Shown here: positions 28,929 through 38,376 of the stretch, piece by piece | Position numbering within the stretch: the stretch's first letter is position 1 | How the letters are laid out: each line of letters begins with the position of its first letter | NCBI GenBank assembly: GCA_045863395.1 | Contig: BTVJ01000028.1 | Span: forward strand, 1 to 64,000 | DNA: 64,000 nt | Reading direction: 5' to 3' | Source of the DNA: Myxococcales bacterium | GTDB lineage: Bacteria > Myxococcota_A > UBA9042 > JABWCM01 > BTVJ01 | Translations under genes and position numbers: made by a program | Notes under the pieces: generated by a model | What the model saw: only the letters and a program-made list of their open reading frames with translations | Told to the model about the DNA's origin: nothing | The model's database searches: none

Positions 28929-31043
28929 TCACGGAGTGAACAGCCACCACTCCCCACCGCGACGAGCGGCGCCGCCCTCCACCGCGCGCAGCCGGACGAA
29001 CCAGCGGGACCCGGGCGTGAGGCCCGTCAAGGTGACCTCGGTGGGGGTCTCCGCCTCCACCGCCCCCAAGGGCAGCGACTCCTCCAGGTCTGGGAGCGCC
29101 GCCCCCCACTCCACCACCACATCCACGGGGCGCCGGGTGGTGAAGCGCACGCGAGCGGTGGTGGGGAGGAGCTCCACCGCCTCCACCGGCGAGAACAGGT
29201 GGGTGTCGGGCTCCACGGCATCCACACCTTTCGGGACGAGCGGCTCGGTCGCCGCCCGCAGCTTGGCAATGCGCGCCGGGCTCGCCACGGAGACTCCCGC
29301 CAGGCCGTCGGCCGTCATCCCGTCGGCCACCGCCTGGAGCTCCGCGTGGGCCCACACCAGCCACCCGGCCAGCTCCCCGTCATCCGCGGTCTTGTTGAGG
29401 GCCTTGCGCCCGAAGAGCAGCAGGTCCGCGGCCCGCCAGGCCCGGGCTGCCCACCACTGGTGCAGCAGCCGCCGGTCCAGGTCCTCCCGGTGGGCGGCGC
29501 TCAGCGCCACGCCGTCCAGCGCGCCCAGATCCCCCAGCGCAAGCTCCACGGCCTCCGTGCCCTCCTGCCAGATCCACTCCACCGCCTCCCTGTCCGGGCT
29601 GGCCACGCGGTCCCACACCGGCTGCCACGTCGGGTCCCACTTGGGCAGGTTGCCCCGGCCGTTGAGCTCCTCCATCTTCGCCCCCCCTGGCAGGTCGCTC
29701 GACTTCTCCAGGGCCCAGATGCCGAGCGCGTAGTGGGACTTGAGGCGGACGGAGAACGTGTGCTCCAGCACGCGCCGGAGCGCCGCCGCGTCCCCACCGG
29801 ACACCCCATACATGGCCGCGAGGGCCTCGCTCCAGGCCGTCTCCAGCGACACGGACGGGTCCAGGGACCACGCCGCCACGGCCCGCAGGTTGATCTCGTT
29901 CGGCGTACCCAGCGCGTGGTGGGAGCCCCGCTGGACCCGCGCGACCGCCCCGATCCCCCCCGCCTCCCGCACGTGCCGCAGGCGCTCGCGGAAGTACCCA
30001 GGCGCCACGAAGGGCAGCTCGGAGAGGCCCTGGTACTCGCCGGCGAGGTCCAGCTCCACCACGGCCTCATGCTCGCCAATCTGACCCACGTTGGGGTCCG
30101 GCGGGTTGTACGGGTGCCAGTCCTGCGCCTCGCCCTTGTGCATGCCGACGAAGGGCACGCCGTCGGCCGCCGAGAGCCCCTGCGAGTGCCACGGCACCTC
30201 CACCGGCTCGTGGATGAAGGTTCGGACGAACAGCTCCTTCCCCAGCTCACCGACGATGGCTCCGCCCACGTGCTCCGTGATCAGCTCGAGCTTCATGGCC
30301 TGGGGTGGGTGGTCCCAGGGACCGCCCTCCGTGAACTGGTCGCACCAGGCACAGGAGCAGATCGCGATCCACGGCGGCACCGGCGCCGACCCGAACATCA
30401 GGATGACCCCGTCCACGGACGGGATCCTGGCGATGCCATCCCGGTACGCAGCGGCGCGCTCCGCCCAGATCGCGCCGTCCGGCCCCCAGCACGGGGCGGG
30501 GTTGGGTGGGTCACCCGACAGCTCGTGTGCCCAGACGTAGGCCTTCATGCCGTGCGCGTGCGCCCGCTCGATGGCGGCGTTGAGGGTCTCAACACGGGCG
30601 TCCGCACCCGCGGCGCCGGGCAGGACGTCCTCGATGTTCATGATCAGGCCGTGGCTGAGCTGGATGTGGTTCACGCCGAAGGCCGCCGCGGCGTCGATGG
30701 TCGAGAACACCGCTGCCAGGTCGTCGTCGAGCAGGATCCACCCGTTGATGGGCCCCGTCGCCACCGGGAGGGGGCCGGCGTCGCCTGCCTGGGGCCCCGC
30801 GTCCGCTGCGTCCTGCGTGTCCGAGGGGCCGGCAACATCCGGCGCGCCCGCGTCCGACACCTCGCCCGCGTCGTCGCCCGGCGCCACCCCGTCCGCGCCC
30901 CCGTTGCCGGCGTCGCCCCCCCCGTCACCTCCGGGGCCCAAGTCCGCCGGAGCTGTCCCCGCGTCGCTCGGCGGGCCCTGGCGCTCACCATCACCGCAAG
31001 ACGCGCCCACCACCACCAAGAGGATGAGCCACGCCCTCATCAC
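28929..31043 (-). CDS. Lipoprotein, probable TIM-barrel glycoside hydrolase-like protein (distantly GH67-like)
   Basis: Lipobox VGASC; Asp/Gly linker; K....DW.P..P..P..G....ELD...EY.G resembles the GH67 catalytic region; start overlaps the regulator's stop. Confidence 0.6.
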   Translation of the reverse strand: MMRAWLILLVVVGASCGDGERQGPPSDAGTAPADLGPGGDGGGDAGNGGADGVAPGDDAGEVSDAGAPDVAGPSDTQDAADAGPQAGDAGPLPVATGPINGWILLDDDLAAVFSTIDAAAAFGVNHIQLSHGLIMNIEDVLPGAAGADARVETLNAAIERAHAHGMKAYVWAHELSGDPPNPAPCWGPDGAIWAERAAAYRDGIARIPSVDGVILMFGSAPVPPWIAICSCAWCDQFTEGGPWDHPPQAMKLELITEHVGGAIVGELGKELFVRTFIHEPVEVPWHSQGLSAADGVPFVGMHKGEAQDWHPYNPPDPNVGQIGEHEAVVELDLAGEYQGLSELPFVAPGYFRERLRHVREAGGIGAVARVQRGSHHALGTPNEINLRAVAAWSLDPSVSLETAWSEALAAMYGVSGGDAAALRRVLEHTFSVRLKSHYALGIWALEKSSDLPGGAKMEELNGRGNLPKWDPTWQPVWDRVASPDREAVEWIWQEGTEAVELALGDLGALDGVALSAAHREDLDRRLLHQWWAARAWRAADLLLFGRKALNKTADDGELAGWLVWAHAELQAVADGMTADGLAGVSVASPARIAKLRAATEPLVPKGVDAVEPDTHLFSPVEAVELLPTTARVRFTTRRPVDVVVEWGAALPDLEESLPLGAVEAETPTEVTLTGLTPGSRWFVRLRAVEGGAARRGGEWWLFTP

Positions 31044-32677
31044 GCCTCCGCCTCCGCCTCACCCCACTTCTGGAGCCGCCGGTACAGGGTCGCGAGCCCG
31101 ATTCCCAGGTCCCGGGCCGTCTGGGCGCGGTTGCCGTCGTTCCTGCCGAGGGTGGCCAGGATGACCTCTCGCTCCACGTCCTCCAGGGTGCGCCCGACGG
31201 AGAAGCCCGCGTGGAAGGAGAACCCGCCCCGCACCTCCTCCGGCAGATCGGCCGCGGCGATGCGCCCGCCGTCCGCCATGACCACGGCGCGCTCCACGGC
31301 GTTCTGCAGCTCGCGGACGTTCCCCGGCCACGTGTAGCGCAGCATCAGGTCCGCCGCCTCGGAGGTGAACGAGTCCAGACGGCGACCGGCGGCACGGCTG
31401 GCATCGACAAGGAACGTGCGCGCCAGCGGCAGGATGTCATCCTTCCTGGCCCGAAGCGGCGGGATCTCGATCTCGATGACCCGCAGGCGGTAGAACAGGT
31501 CCTGGCGGAAGCGCCCCGCGGCGACCTCCTCCTTGAGGTTCCGGTTGGTGGCCGCGAGCACCCGCACGTCCACCTTGCGGCTCCTGTTCTCGCCCACCCG
31601 CCGGACCTCCCGCTCCTGGAGCACCCGCAGCAGCTTCACCTGCATGGCGGGCGAGATCTCTCCGATCTCGTCCAGGAACAGCGTGCCCCCCGCCGCCGCC
31701 TCGAAGAGCCCCGGCCTGTCCGACGTCGCCCCCGTGAAGGCCCCCCGGGCGTGGCCGAACAGCTCGCTCTCCAGGAGCGTGTCCGTCACGGCGCCGCAGT
31801 TGATGGCGAGCATGGGCCCGGCCTCACGCGCCGACCGCTCGTGGATGAGCTGGGCGAGCCGCTCCTTGCCGACGCCGCTCTCCCCGGTGATCAGAACGGA
31901 GGAGTCCACCTTCGCCACCCGGTGGGCCAGCTCGATGACCTTTCGCATGGCCTCGCTGCGCACCACGAGGCCCCCGGCGTCCCGCTCGCCCGGATCCACC
32001 CGGCGCAGCTCACGCCGGCGCCTTCGGACCTTGCGCTCGAGGTCCCGCAGCGACTGGGTCAGGCGCTCGAGCTCCCCCCCAACGCACCTCTTCTCATAGA
32101 AGGCGGCCTCCGGGCCGAGCGCGGCCCCCCACTCCTCCTTCGGGCGCCCCACCAGGTGGCACACCGGGTCGCCCTTGCCCTGGCACCGGGTCTCCACGCA
32201 GATGACCGGTCGCTGGTTGCAGTAGCTCAGGTAGCCGCTGGCGAAGCCCGTCAGGGACCAGCAGACCGGCTCCTCGGAGCGTCCGACCAGAAGCAGGTGC
32301 TGCTCCGCCTCATAGCTGTCGTGCCAGATGGACTCAGCGAAGGGCGGCGAGGGATCCCCTTCCCGCGGCGGCACCGCCTCCATGCGCACCATGCCCTGCA
32401 GGGTGTGGAGCCTGCCGCCGGCGATGCGCCACTGGCGCTCGTCGTCCCACGGGAAGTGGTCGCGGAGGCTCTCGGCCACACGCCACCCGTGGGCGTAGCC
32501 GAAGCGGGTCATGACCCCGCGGGCGCCGTGGAGCCCGAGCAGGTCGATGAGCTCGCGGCGCAGCAAGCCCAGTGCAACTGCGTCCATGAGCAGCACGCGC
32601 TGCCCGGCGAAGAGGTGCACGCCCCCCTGTGGTGCAGCGTCGAGCAGCTCGCGAATGTCCAGGTCCTCGATGTTCAT
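31040..32677 (-). CDS. Sigma-54-dependent transcriptional activator, XylR/DmpR family (XylR_N-V4R-AAA+-Fis HTH)
   Basis: GQRVLL..ALGLLRREL; V4R C..E..C..C; GESGVGKE; ESELFGH..GAFTGA; LFLDEIGE; FRQDLFYRL; WPGNVREL; C-terminal HTH. Confidence 0.95.
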   Translation of the reverse strand: MNIEDLDIRELLDAAPQGGVHLFAGQRVLLMDAVALGLLRRELIDLLGLHGARGVMTRFGYAHGWRVAESLRDHFPWDDERQWRIAGGRLHTLQGMVRMEAVPPREGDPSPPFAESIWHDSYEAEQHLLLVGRSEEPVCWSLTGFASGYLSYCNQRPVICVETRCQGKGDPVCHLVGRPKEEWGAALGPEAAFYEKRCVGGELERLTQSLRDLERKVRRRRRELRRVDPGERDAGGLVVRSEAMRKVIELAHRVAKVDSSVLITGESGVGKERLAQLIHERSAREAGPMLAINCGAVTDTLLESELFGHARGAFTGATSDRPGLFEAAAGGTLFLDEIGEISPAMQVKLLRVLQEREVRRVGENRSRKVDVRVLAATNRNLKEEVAAGRFRQDLFYRLRVIEIEIPPLRARKDDILPLARTFLVDASRAAGRRLDSFTSEAADLMLRYTWPGNVRELQNAVERAVVMADGGRIAAADLPEEVRGGFSFHAGFSVGRTLEDVEREVILATLGRNDGNRAQTARDLGIGLATLYRRLQKWGEAEAEA

Positions 32678-32710
32678 CCTTCCTCCCGGCGCCTCGGTTC
32701 GAGACAGACC

Positions 32711-32725
32711 CTATCAAAGTGAGAG
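32711..32725. promoter_or_regulatory. Candidate upstream activator site (imperfect palindrome CTATCA-AAG-TGAGAG)
   Basis: AT-rich inverted repeat about 65 nt upstream of the sigma-54 promoter, in the divergent intergenic region. Confidence 0.45.
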
Positions 32726-32790
32726 CAGTCCTGCGAGGAGGATCGGCGCTTGCCCGCGTAACGACAGAGGATCGGGGGCGCGACACCGTG

Positions 32791-32806
32791 TGGCACGCTC
32801 GTTGCA
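32791..32806 (+). promoter_or_regulatory. Sigma-54 -24/-12 promoter
   Basis: TGGCAC-GCTCG-TTGCA matches TGGCAC-N5-TTGCW exactly; about 65 nt upstream of YceI and divergent from a sigma-54 activator. Confidence 0.88.
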
Positions 32807-32870
32807 AAGACAAGCTCCAGACACCGCCCGATTTGGTGGACAAGCCAACGAAACACAAGGAGAAACGCCC

Positions 32871-33488
32871 ATGAAGTCTGGAATCGCCGCCGCCCTCGCG
32901 CTCCTGTTCATCGCCCCCGTCGCCTCGGCCGCGGACTACGAGATTCGTCCCGCCACGAGCCGCGTCAGCTTCACCAGCGACGCCCCCTTCGAGACCATCG
33001 TCGGCACGACGTCGTCCGTGGAGGGCACCATCAGCGTGAGCCCCGCAGCCCCTGCCACGGGCGCCAAGGCCACCGTCAAGGTGGACATCGCGAGCCTCAA
33101 GACCGGCGTCGACATGCGGGACGAGCACCTGCGGGGCGAGAGCTGGCTCGACGCCGCGAAGCACTCCCACGCCACCTTCGAGCTGGAGCGCCTGGAGCTC
33201 CCCGCCGGCGCGAAGATCGAGATCGACAAGAAGGTCCAGGGCACGGTGCACGGCAAGCTGACCATCAAGGGCAAGACCCAGACGGTCAAGGCCCCGGTCA
33301 CGGTGGGCCTGTTCGCGCCCAACCCCAAGCTGGCAAAGATGGGCCTCGACGGAGAGGTGCTGCGCGCCAAGACGTCCTTCGACGTCGCGCTGCGCGACTT
33401 CGGGGTGGTCGTGCCGGACAACCTCGCCGGGCTCAAGGTCGCCGACACGGTGAACATCGCCATGGACATCACCGCGCTGAAGAAGTAG
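32871..33488 (+). CDS. YceI family periplasmic lipid/polyisoprenoid-binding protein
   Basis: AAGGAG RBS; signal peptide; SLKTG..MRDEHLR..WLDA, GKLTIKG, RDFGV. Confidence 0.9.
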   Translation: MKSGIAAALALLFIAPVASAADYEIRPATSRVSFTSDAPFETIVGTTSSVEGTISVSPAAPATGAKATVKVDIASLKTGVDMRDEHLRGESWLDAAKHSHATFELERLELPAGAKIEIDKKVQGTVHGKLTIKGKTQTVKAPVTVGLFAPNPKLAKMGLDGEVLRAKTSFDVALRDFGVVVPDNLAGLKVADTVNIAMDITALKK

Positions 33489-33543
33489 CCCCCTGGCCCC
33501 GCGCGGCAGATGGCGCTACCCTGCCGCGCGGAGGTCCTCGGCC

Positions 33544-34443
33544 ATGTCCTTCCTCGACCGCGTGCGCTCTCTCCCCACCCTGGGCATCGGCGTCTCGACC
33601 GAGTACGGCGCCGCAGACGCCCGAGGCTCCCTGGACCCGCTGGCGCTCCGCCGCTCTCATCCCCGGTTTTGCGCCTTCCTGGAGGTCGGGGTCGAGACCG
33701 CCAAGGGCCTCGACCGCCACGCGCTCGCCTGGGCGCGCGCCGGCCTGCCGACCACGTACCACTTCCTCGACGTGAACCTGGACGAGCCAGAGGACCTGGA
33801 CCCGGGCTGGCTCGGCGAGGTGCGCGACGTGGTGGGCACCCTGCGCCCCGCCTGGCTCTGTGGCGACGCCGGCCTGTGGCACTTCGGCCCCCGGGAGCGC
33901 GGGCACATGCTGCTCCTGCCGCCGGTGCTCACGCCGTCCCAGTCCGCGGCCATGGCGGACGGCGTCGCCGCGCTGCGGGACGCCGTGGGCCTGGAGGTGC
34001 TGCCGGAGAACCCGCCGGGCCAGGTCTTCCTCGGCGACTGGCACCTCCTCGACTTCTTCGCGGACCTGTGCGAGCGCGCCGACACGGGGATGGTGCTCGA
34101 CGCCGCCCACCTGGCCATCTTCCAGCGGGTGCGGGGCCTCGACGCCCTCGCCGGCTTCGACGGCTTCCCCCTGGAGCGCATCGTGGAGGTCCACGTGGCG
34201 GGAGCGAGTCTGGGTGAGGTCGTCGGATACTCCTTCATCGAGGACGACCACAGCCCTGCCGTGCTGCCCGAGACGTGGCGCATCTTGGAGCACGTCGCGC
34301 GCGCACCCAACCTGCGGGCGGTCGTCTTCGAGTGCGAGCGCAACCGCGTCTCCGAGGCGCTGCCCGGCTTCGAGCGCATCGCCGCGACGCTGGACGCTGC
34401 GGGCGCGTTCGCTGGCGCCCTGCAGGCATGGGAGACACCATGA
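33544..34443 (+). CDS. DUF692 family multinuclear non-heme iron enzyme (MNIO), divergent
   Basis: LGIG start, FLEV, YH, LPENPP, MVLDAAH, EVHVAG, EDDH, VVFECE appear in the DUF692 motif order. Confidence 0.85.
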   Translation: MSFLDRVRSLPTLGIGVSTEYGAADARGSLDPLALRRSHPRFCAFLEVGVETAKGLDRHALAWARAGLPTTYHFLDVNLDEPEDLDPGWLGEVRDVVGTLRPAWLCGDAGLWHFGPRERGHMLLLPPVLTPSQSAAMADGVAALRDAVGLEVLPENPPGQVFLGDWHLLDFFADLCERADTGMVLDAAHLAIFQRVRGLDALAGFDGFPLERIVEVHVAGASLGEVVGYSFIEDDHSPAVLPETWRILEHVARAPNLRAVVFECERNRVSEALPGFERIAATLDAAGAFAGALQAWETP

Positions 34444-35249
34444 GCCACACCGCGCTACAGCGCGCGCTCGTGCGCATGCTCTACGATCCGGCGCTGGTCG
34501 CCGCGGTCTACGCCGACCCGAGCTGCCTCGGCCTGGGCCCCGAAGAGCAGCGCTGGCTCACCGCCCAGGACCCCCGCGCCTACGCCACGGACCCTCACCG
34601 GCGGGGCCGGACCCTCGCGGCGCTCATCGAGGAGCTGCCGGCGGCCTCGGCCCTGGCCGCCCGCGCCGGGGGCGCGTCTGCGCTGGATGCCTTCTTCTCG
34701 TCGGCGCGCTTCCACGGGTGCATCGAGACGCGGGGCTCCCTCGCCGAGGCCTACGCCGAGCACCTGGCCGGGCTCACGGGCCGCGAGCGGCGCCTGGCCC
34801 CGGTGGCGAGCCTGGAGGGAGCCATCGCCCGGGCGCGGCGCGCCCGGCCCTCGGCGCGGGGCGCGGGCCTCCTCGTGACCGCGCCCGGCGTCGTCGCCCT
34901 GCGGCTCTGCGGAGGCACGTTGGCGCTGCGGCAGGCGGTCATCGCCGCCCTGTCCGCCCACGAAGACGGGCTGGTCGCCGCCGTGGTGGACCGCTCCCTG
35001 CGGCTGCCGGCGCGGCGCCTCGACCCCGCTACGCCGGAGGAGCTGCTGGTGGAGCGCGCCGCGGACGGCGGCATTGGCGTCAGCGAGGGGTCCGCCGCCC
35101 TCGGGGAGCTGCTGCGCGCTTGCGCCAGCCCCGTTCCCCGCGACGTGGCCCTGGCGGAGGCCCGCCGCCACGGCCTCGAGCCCGGGGAGGACGCCGAGGT
35201 GGTCGACGGCCTGATCACCGACGGCCTGCTGCTGGAGGTGTCCCCATGA
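34440..35249 (+). CDS. Putative MNIO partner protein (DUF2063/HvfC-BufC-like position and size)
   Basis: ATGA-coupled to DUF692; helical N-terminus LQRALVRMLYDP; C-terminal winged-helix-like end (VVDGLITDGLL). Confidence 0.65.
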   Translation: MSHTALQRALVRMLYDPALVAAVYADPSCLGLGPEEQRWLTAQDPRAYATDPHRRGRTLAALIEELPAASALAARAGGASALDAFFSSARFHGCIETRGSLAEAYAEHLAGLTGRERRLAPVASLEGAIARARRARPSARGAGLLVTAPGVVALRLCGGTLALRQAVIAALSAHEDGLVAAVVDRSLRLPARRLDPATPEELLVERAADGGIGVSEGSAALGELLRACASPVPRDVALAEARRHGLEPGEDAEVVDGLITDGLLLEVSP

Positions 35250-37198
35250 AGCCCGCGGCATGGACTGCTGCCCTGGCGTTCGCGGCGTGCGCCGGCGACC
35301 CGTCGACCGGGGGGTCTGGGACGCTCGTAGATGCTGAGGCGAACGCAGGGGCGGACGCCACCCTCGCCGCCGACACTCCGCAGGACCACTCGGACGGGTC
35401 CTCGTGCCCCTCCCACCTCGTCAGCCCCGAGGGGATCGTCATTCGAGGCTGCGGCGACGCCCGCCTCGTGTTCCTGCCGGCCGCCAAGGTCGGCGGCGTT
35501 TGGCGAGGCGCCGGGCGGGACGGCGCCTGCACGGCCACGGCGGACTCCGTGACCTGTCCCGCAGGGCCCGGCGCCGCCAGCGCGCTGCTTGGCACCGGCA
35601 CGCTGCGGGCGCACTGGGACGGCCCCGCCACCGTGGAGGGGCTCGCCCTGGAGGGGACGGGCCAGCTCCCCGGCGCCACGACGTGGCTGTCCAACGGCTT
35701 CCAGTCCTGGTCCCAGAGCGGCGCCCTCGCCATCGCGCCCCCGGTGTCCCAGGAGGCCCTGCGGGTCGCCCTCGACGCGGAGGGCACCGAGGAGAACCTC
35801 CGCAAAGGGGCCGAGCTGTCCTGGTGGTTCACCTGGATCTCCGGGGGGGAGTCGTCCTTCGTCGCGGGTGCCCTGACGGCGGAGCGGTGGCGATCCTGGG
35901 CGCAGGTGTCGGGCTCGGGCGAGACCCTCGCGGTGCGCCTGGTCTGCGGGGACACCGGCGAGGCGATCACGGTGAGCGGCCACCTGGAAGGCGAGCCCTG
36001 GTGGGTCTCCCTGGACGGGACGTTGCACGACCAGCTCCGCGCCTACGGACAGGCCATCCCCTCCCGTCGCCAGAGCACGGCTCGCCCGGCGGAGGCCGGC
36101 TGGAACTCCTGGTACGACCTCTGGGACGGCGTCGACGAGGCCGCGGTGCGGGAGAACGCCCCTCTGGCCCGCGCGATCCTCACGCCGCACCTGCCCAGCC
36201 CGACGCCCCTGCGCATCGTCGTCGATGACGGCTGGCAGCAGGCGTGGGGGGAGTGGACGCCCAACGCCAAGTTCCCCTCGGGCCTCGACGGCCTCGCCGC
36301 CGACCTGAACGCCGACGGCTTCGAGGTGGGCGCCTGGTACGCGCCGCTCCTCGTGGACGAGGACGCCCCCCTCGCCACGGCCCACCCGGAGTGGCTCGTG
36401 AGCGGCGCCACCTACAAGCACCCGGTCCACGGGGTCATGCGCATCCTGGACCCCACCCACCCCGACGCAGCGGCCCACATCCGCGGCACTGCGGCGACGC
36501 TCGCGGGCTGGGGCCTCACGCTCCTCAAGATCGACTTCCTGTTCGCCGGGGCCCAGCGGGGCACCCGCCACGAGGACGTCACCCCCATGGAGGCCTATGG
36601 GCGCGCCATGGAGCTGATTCGCGAAGGAGCGGGCGAGGAGGTCATCCTGCTGGCCGTCGGGGCTCCCCTGTACGGCTCTGCGCTCCATGTGGACGCCTGG
36701 CGCGTCGGCGGCGACATCGCGTTCCAGCCCATCGGGCCCAAGTGGCCGTTCATCGCCAACCAGGCCCGCATGGTGGCGGCGCGGTGGCCCCTGTGTCTGG
36801 CGACGCTCTGCGACGCAGACCCGCCCCTGCTCCGAGCCTTGCCCCAGGTCGAGGTCGAGGCAGGCGGCTGGGTGGCGGCCTTCGCGGGGGGCGCCCTGTT
36901 CCTGTCCGACGATCTGCGGGCGCTCCCGGTTGAGAGACATGGCTGGGGGGTCGACGCCCCACGCCTCGCAGCGGCCCTGTCGGGGACCCCTTCGGTGCCC
37001 GAGGACCTGCTCCCTGAGGCGCCGCCGGCGGCCCTCTCCGACCCCGCCCTGGACGTGATCCTCGTGCAGGACTCCCACGTGGTGCCCACGGTCTGGACCC
37101 TGCCGTCCGGTGCCCGGGTGGCCTTCAACGCGGGCCCTGTTCCCCTGGAGGTCGAGGGCGTCCAGGTGCCTGCCCATGGAGCGTCACCGCTGCCCTGA
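35246..37198 (+). CDS. Lipoprotein alpha-galactosidase-like glycoside hydrolase (GH36)
   Basis: Lipobox FAAC; NGFQSWS, GWNSWY, VVDDGWQ, KFPSGL, GAWYAP, LDPTHP, LKIDF, WRVGGD; ATGA-coupled to the previous gene. Confidence 0.85.
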   Translation: MKPAAWTAALAFAACAGDPSTGGSGTLVDAEANAGADATLAADTPQDHSDGSSCPSHLVSPEGIVIRGCGDARLVFLPAAKVGGVWRGAGRDGACTATADSVTCPAGPGAASALLGTGTLRAHWDGPATVEGLALEGTGQLPGATTWLSNGFQSWSQSGALAIAPPVSQEALRVALDAEGTEENLRKGAELSWWFTWISGGESSFVAGALTAERWRSWAQVSGSGETLAVRLVCGDTGEAITVSGHLEGEPWWVSLDGTLHDQLRAYGQAIPSRRQSTARPAEAGWNSWYDLWDGVDEAAVRENAPLARAILTPHLPSPTPLRIVVDDGWQQAWGEWTPNAKFPSGLDGLAADLNADGFEVGAWYAPLLVDEDAPLATAHPEWLVSGATYKHPVHGVMRILDPTHPDAAAHIRGTAATLAGWGLTLLKIDFLFAGAQRGTRHEDVTPMEAYGRAMELIREGAGEEVILLAVGAPLYGSALHVDAWRVGGDIAFQPIGPKWPFIANQARMVAARWPLCLATLCDADPPLLRALPQVEVEAGGWVAAFAGGALFLSDDLRALPVERHGWGVDAPRLAAALSGTPSVPEDLLPEAPPAALSDPALDVILVQDSHVVPTVWTLPSGARVAFNAGPVPLEVEGVQVPAHGASPLP

Positions 37199-37337
37199 CC
37201 CCGCCCGCAAATCCCAACCTACTGGCCTTGACAACGCACCGGAGCATGCGAAACTCGCCCGTCATTCGGGCTGGGTGTGAAGCGACGGGGAAGCGCCCCG
37301 GGACGCAAGGCTGTATGTGTCAAGTAGGAGTTGGACC

Positions 37338-38360
37338 ATGGGCATCAGGTCTGCAGGATTCCGTAGGGTGGCGTGCGCCGTCACGCTGTCCCTGCTCGTG
37401 GGGTCGGGCACGGCCCTGGCGGAGCAGGACCGCCGCGAGGTGATCGGTGGTGAGAACCGCGAGCTCAACGACCACCACTTCATCACGCCGCTGTACGGCA
37501 AGAGCGCCTTCAACAATGGGGCCTTCGGCTTCTCCCAGGGCTTCGGCGTGCTGAGCTTCGTGGCACCGGAGCCCGAGTTCGACGCCAACGGCAACCTCGT
37601 GGGCGCCACGGACGTGAAGCACAACATCTTCCTGTACTTCCAGGACCTCTTTGCCCAGATCGGCATCCTGAACTATGCGTCCGTGGACCTGCGCGCCAGC
37701 GGCTTCGCGGCCGTCGCCGGAAACGCCGACGACATCATCAGCATCGGCGCCTTCACGAACCTGAACGCGGGCGCCTTCGCCCGCGGCCGCTTCCTCACCG
37801 TGCACGACATCGGCATCCAGCTCAGCGGAGGCTTCGGCGCCAACTACGACCGCACGATGAACGTCTCGATCCGCGACTACGTCGACGGCGTACAGAACCT
37901 GATCGACTCCATCGCCCAAGGCAACATCGACGCGGCGGCCGCGGACCTGGACGGCGTCTTCAAGAACGCAAAGCTCATCACGACGACGACGTCCGTCCAG
38001 CTCAACCCCGCCATCATGCTCGCCTGGGGCATGGGACCCATCGGCACGCAGCTCACGCTCCAGTCGAGCATCGACATCGACCTCGACACCAGCGACCTGT
38101 CCGCCACGTTCGGCCCCGACCTCCACGTGGCCTTCGACATCGGTCACTACACCGAGTACTTCCCCTTTGCGTTGACCTTCGAGTATGCGCTGAACGCCGT
38201 CGTCGCCGGCGGCTCGGGGACGGGCCACAACATCGCGGGTGGCATCCAGTTCACGGGCCGGCGCGACATCAACGTCGGCGCCTTCTTCGCGGCCGACGAC
38301 GTCACGAACAAGACCCTGAGCTTCATGTACGGCGCCCTCAACATCCAGTACTACTTCTAG
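37338..38360 (+). CDS. Probable outer-membrane beta-barrel protein (hypothetical)
   Basis: AGGAG RBS; signal peptide; alternating hydrophobic strands; C-terminal beta-signal-like YGALNIQYYF. Confidence 0.6.
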   Translation: MGIRSAGFRRVACAVTLSLLVGSGTALAEQDRREVIGGENRELNDHHFITPLYGKSAFNNGAFGFSQGFGVLSFVAPEPEFDANGNLVGATDVKHNIFLYFQDLFAQIGILNYASVDLRASGFAAVAGNADDIISIGAFTNLNAGAFARGRFLTVHDIGIQLSGGFGANYDRTMNVSIRDYVDGVQNLIDSIAQGNIDAAAADLDGVFKNAKLITTTTSVQLNPAIMLAWGMGPIGTQLTLQSSIDIDLDTSDLSATFGPDLHVAFDIGHYTEYFPFALTFEYALNAVVAGGSGTGHNIAGGIQFTGRRDINVGAFFAADDVTNKTLSFMYGALNIQYYF

Positions 38361-38376
38361 GTCGCCGCTGCCTCCC

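Noticed and set aside
32714..32911. Small Cys-containing ORF as MNIO precursor
   Set aside because: Antisense, overlaps the YceI start and the sigma-54 promoter, and has no RBS or leader/core pattern.
33860..35245. 1112-aa fusion ORF upstream of the GH36 domain
   Set aside because: The upstream part is off-frame over DUF692 and its partner; the real start is the ATG at 35246, with an RBS and lipobox.
37228..37443. Small Cys-containing ORF downstream of GH36 as MNIO precursor
   Set aside because: Its TTG start is part of a -35-like box, there is no RBS, and it overlaps the next gene off-frame.
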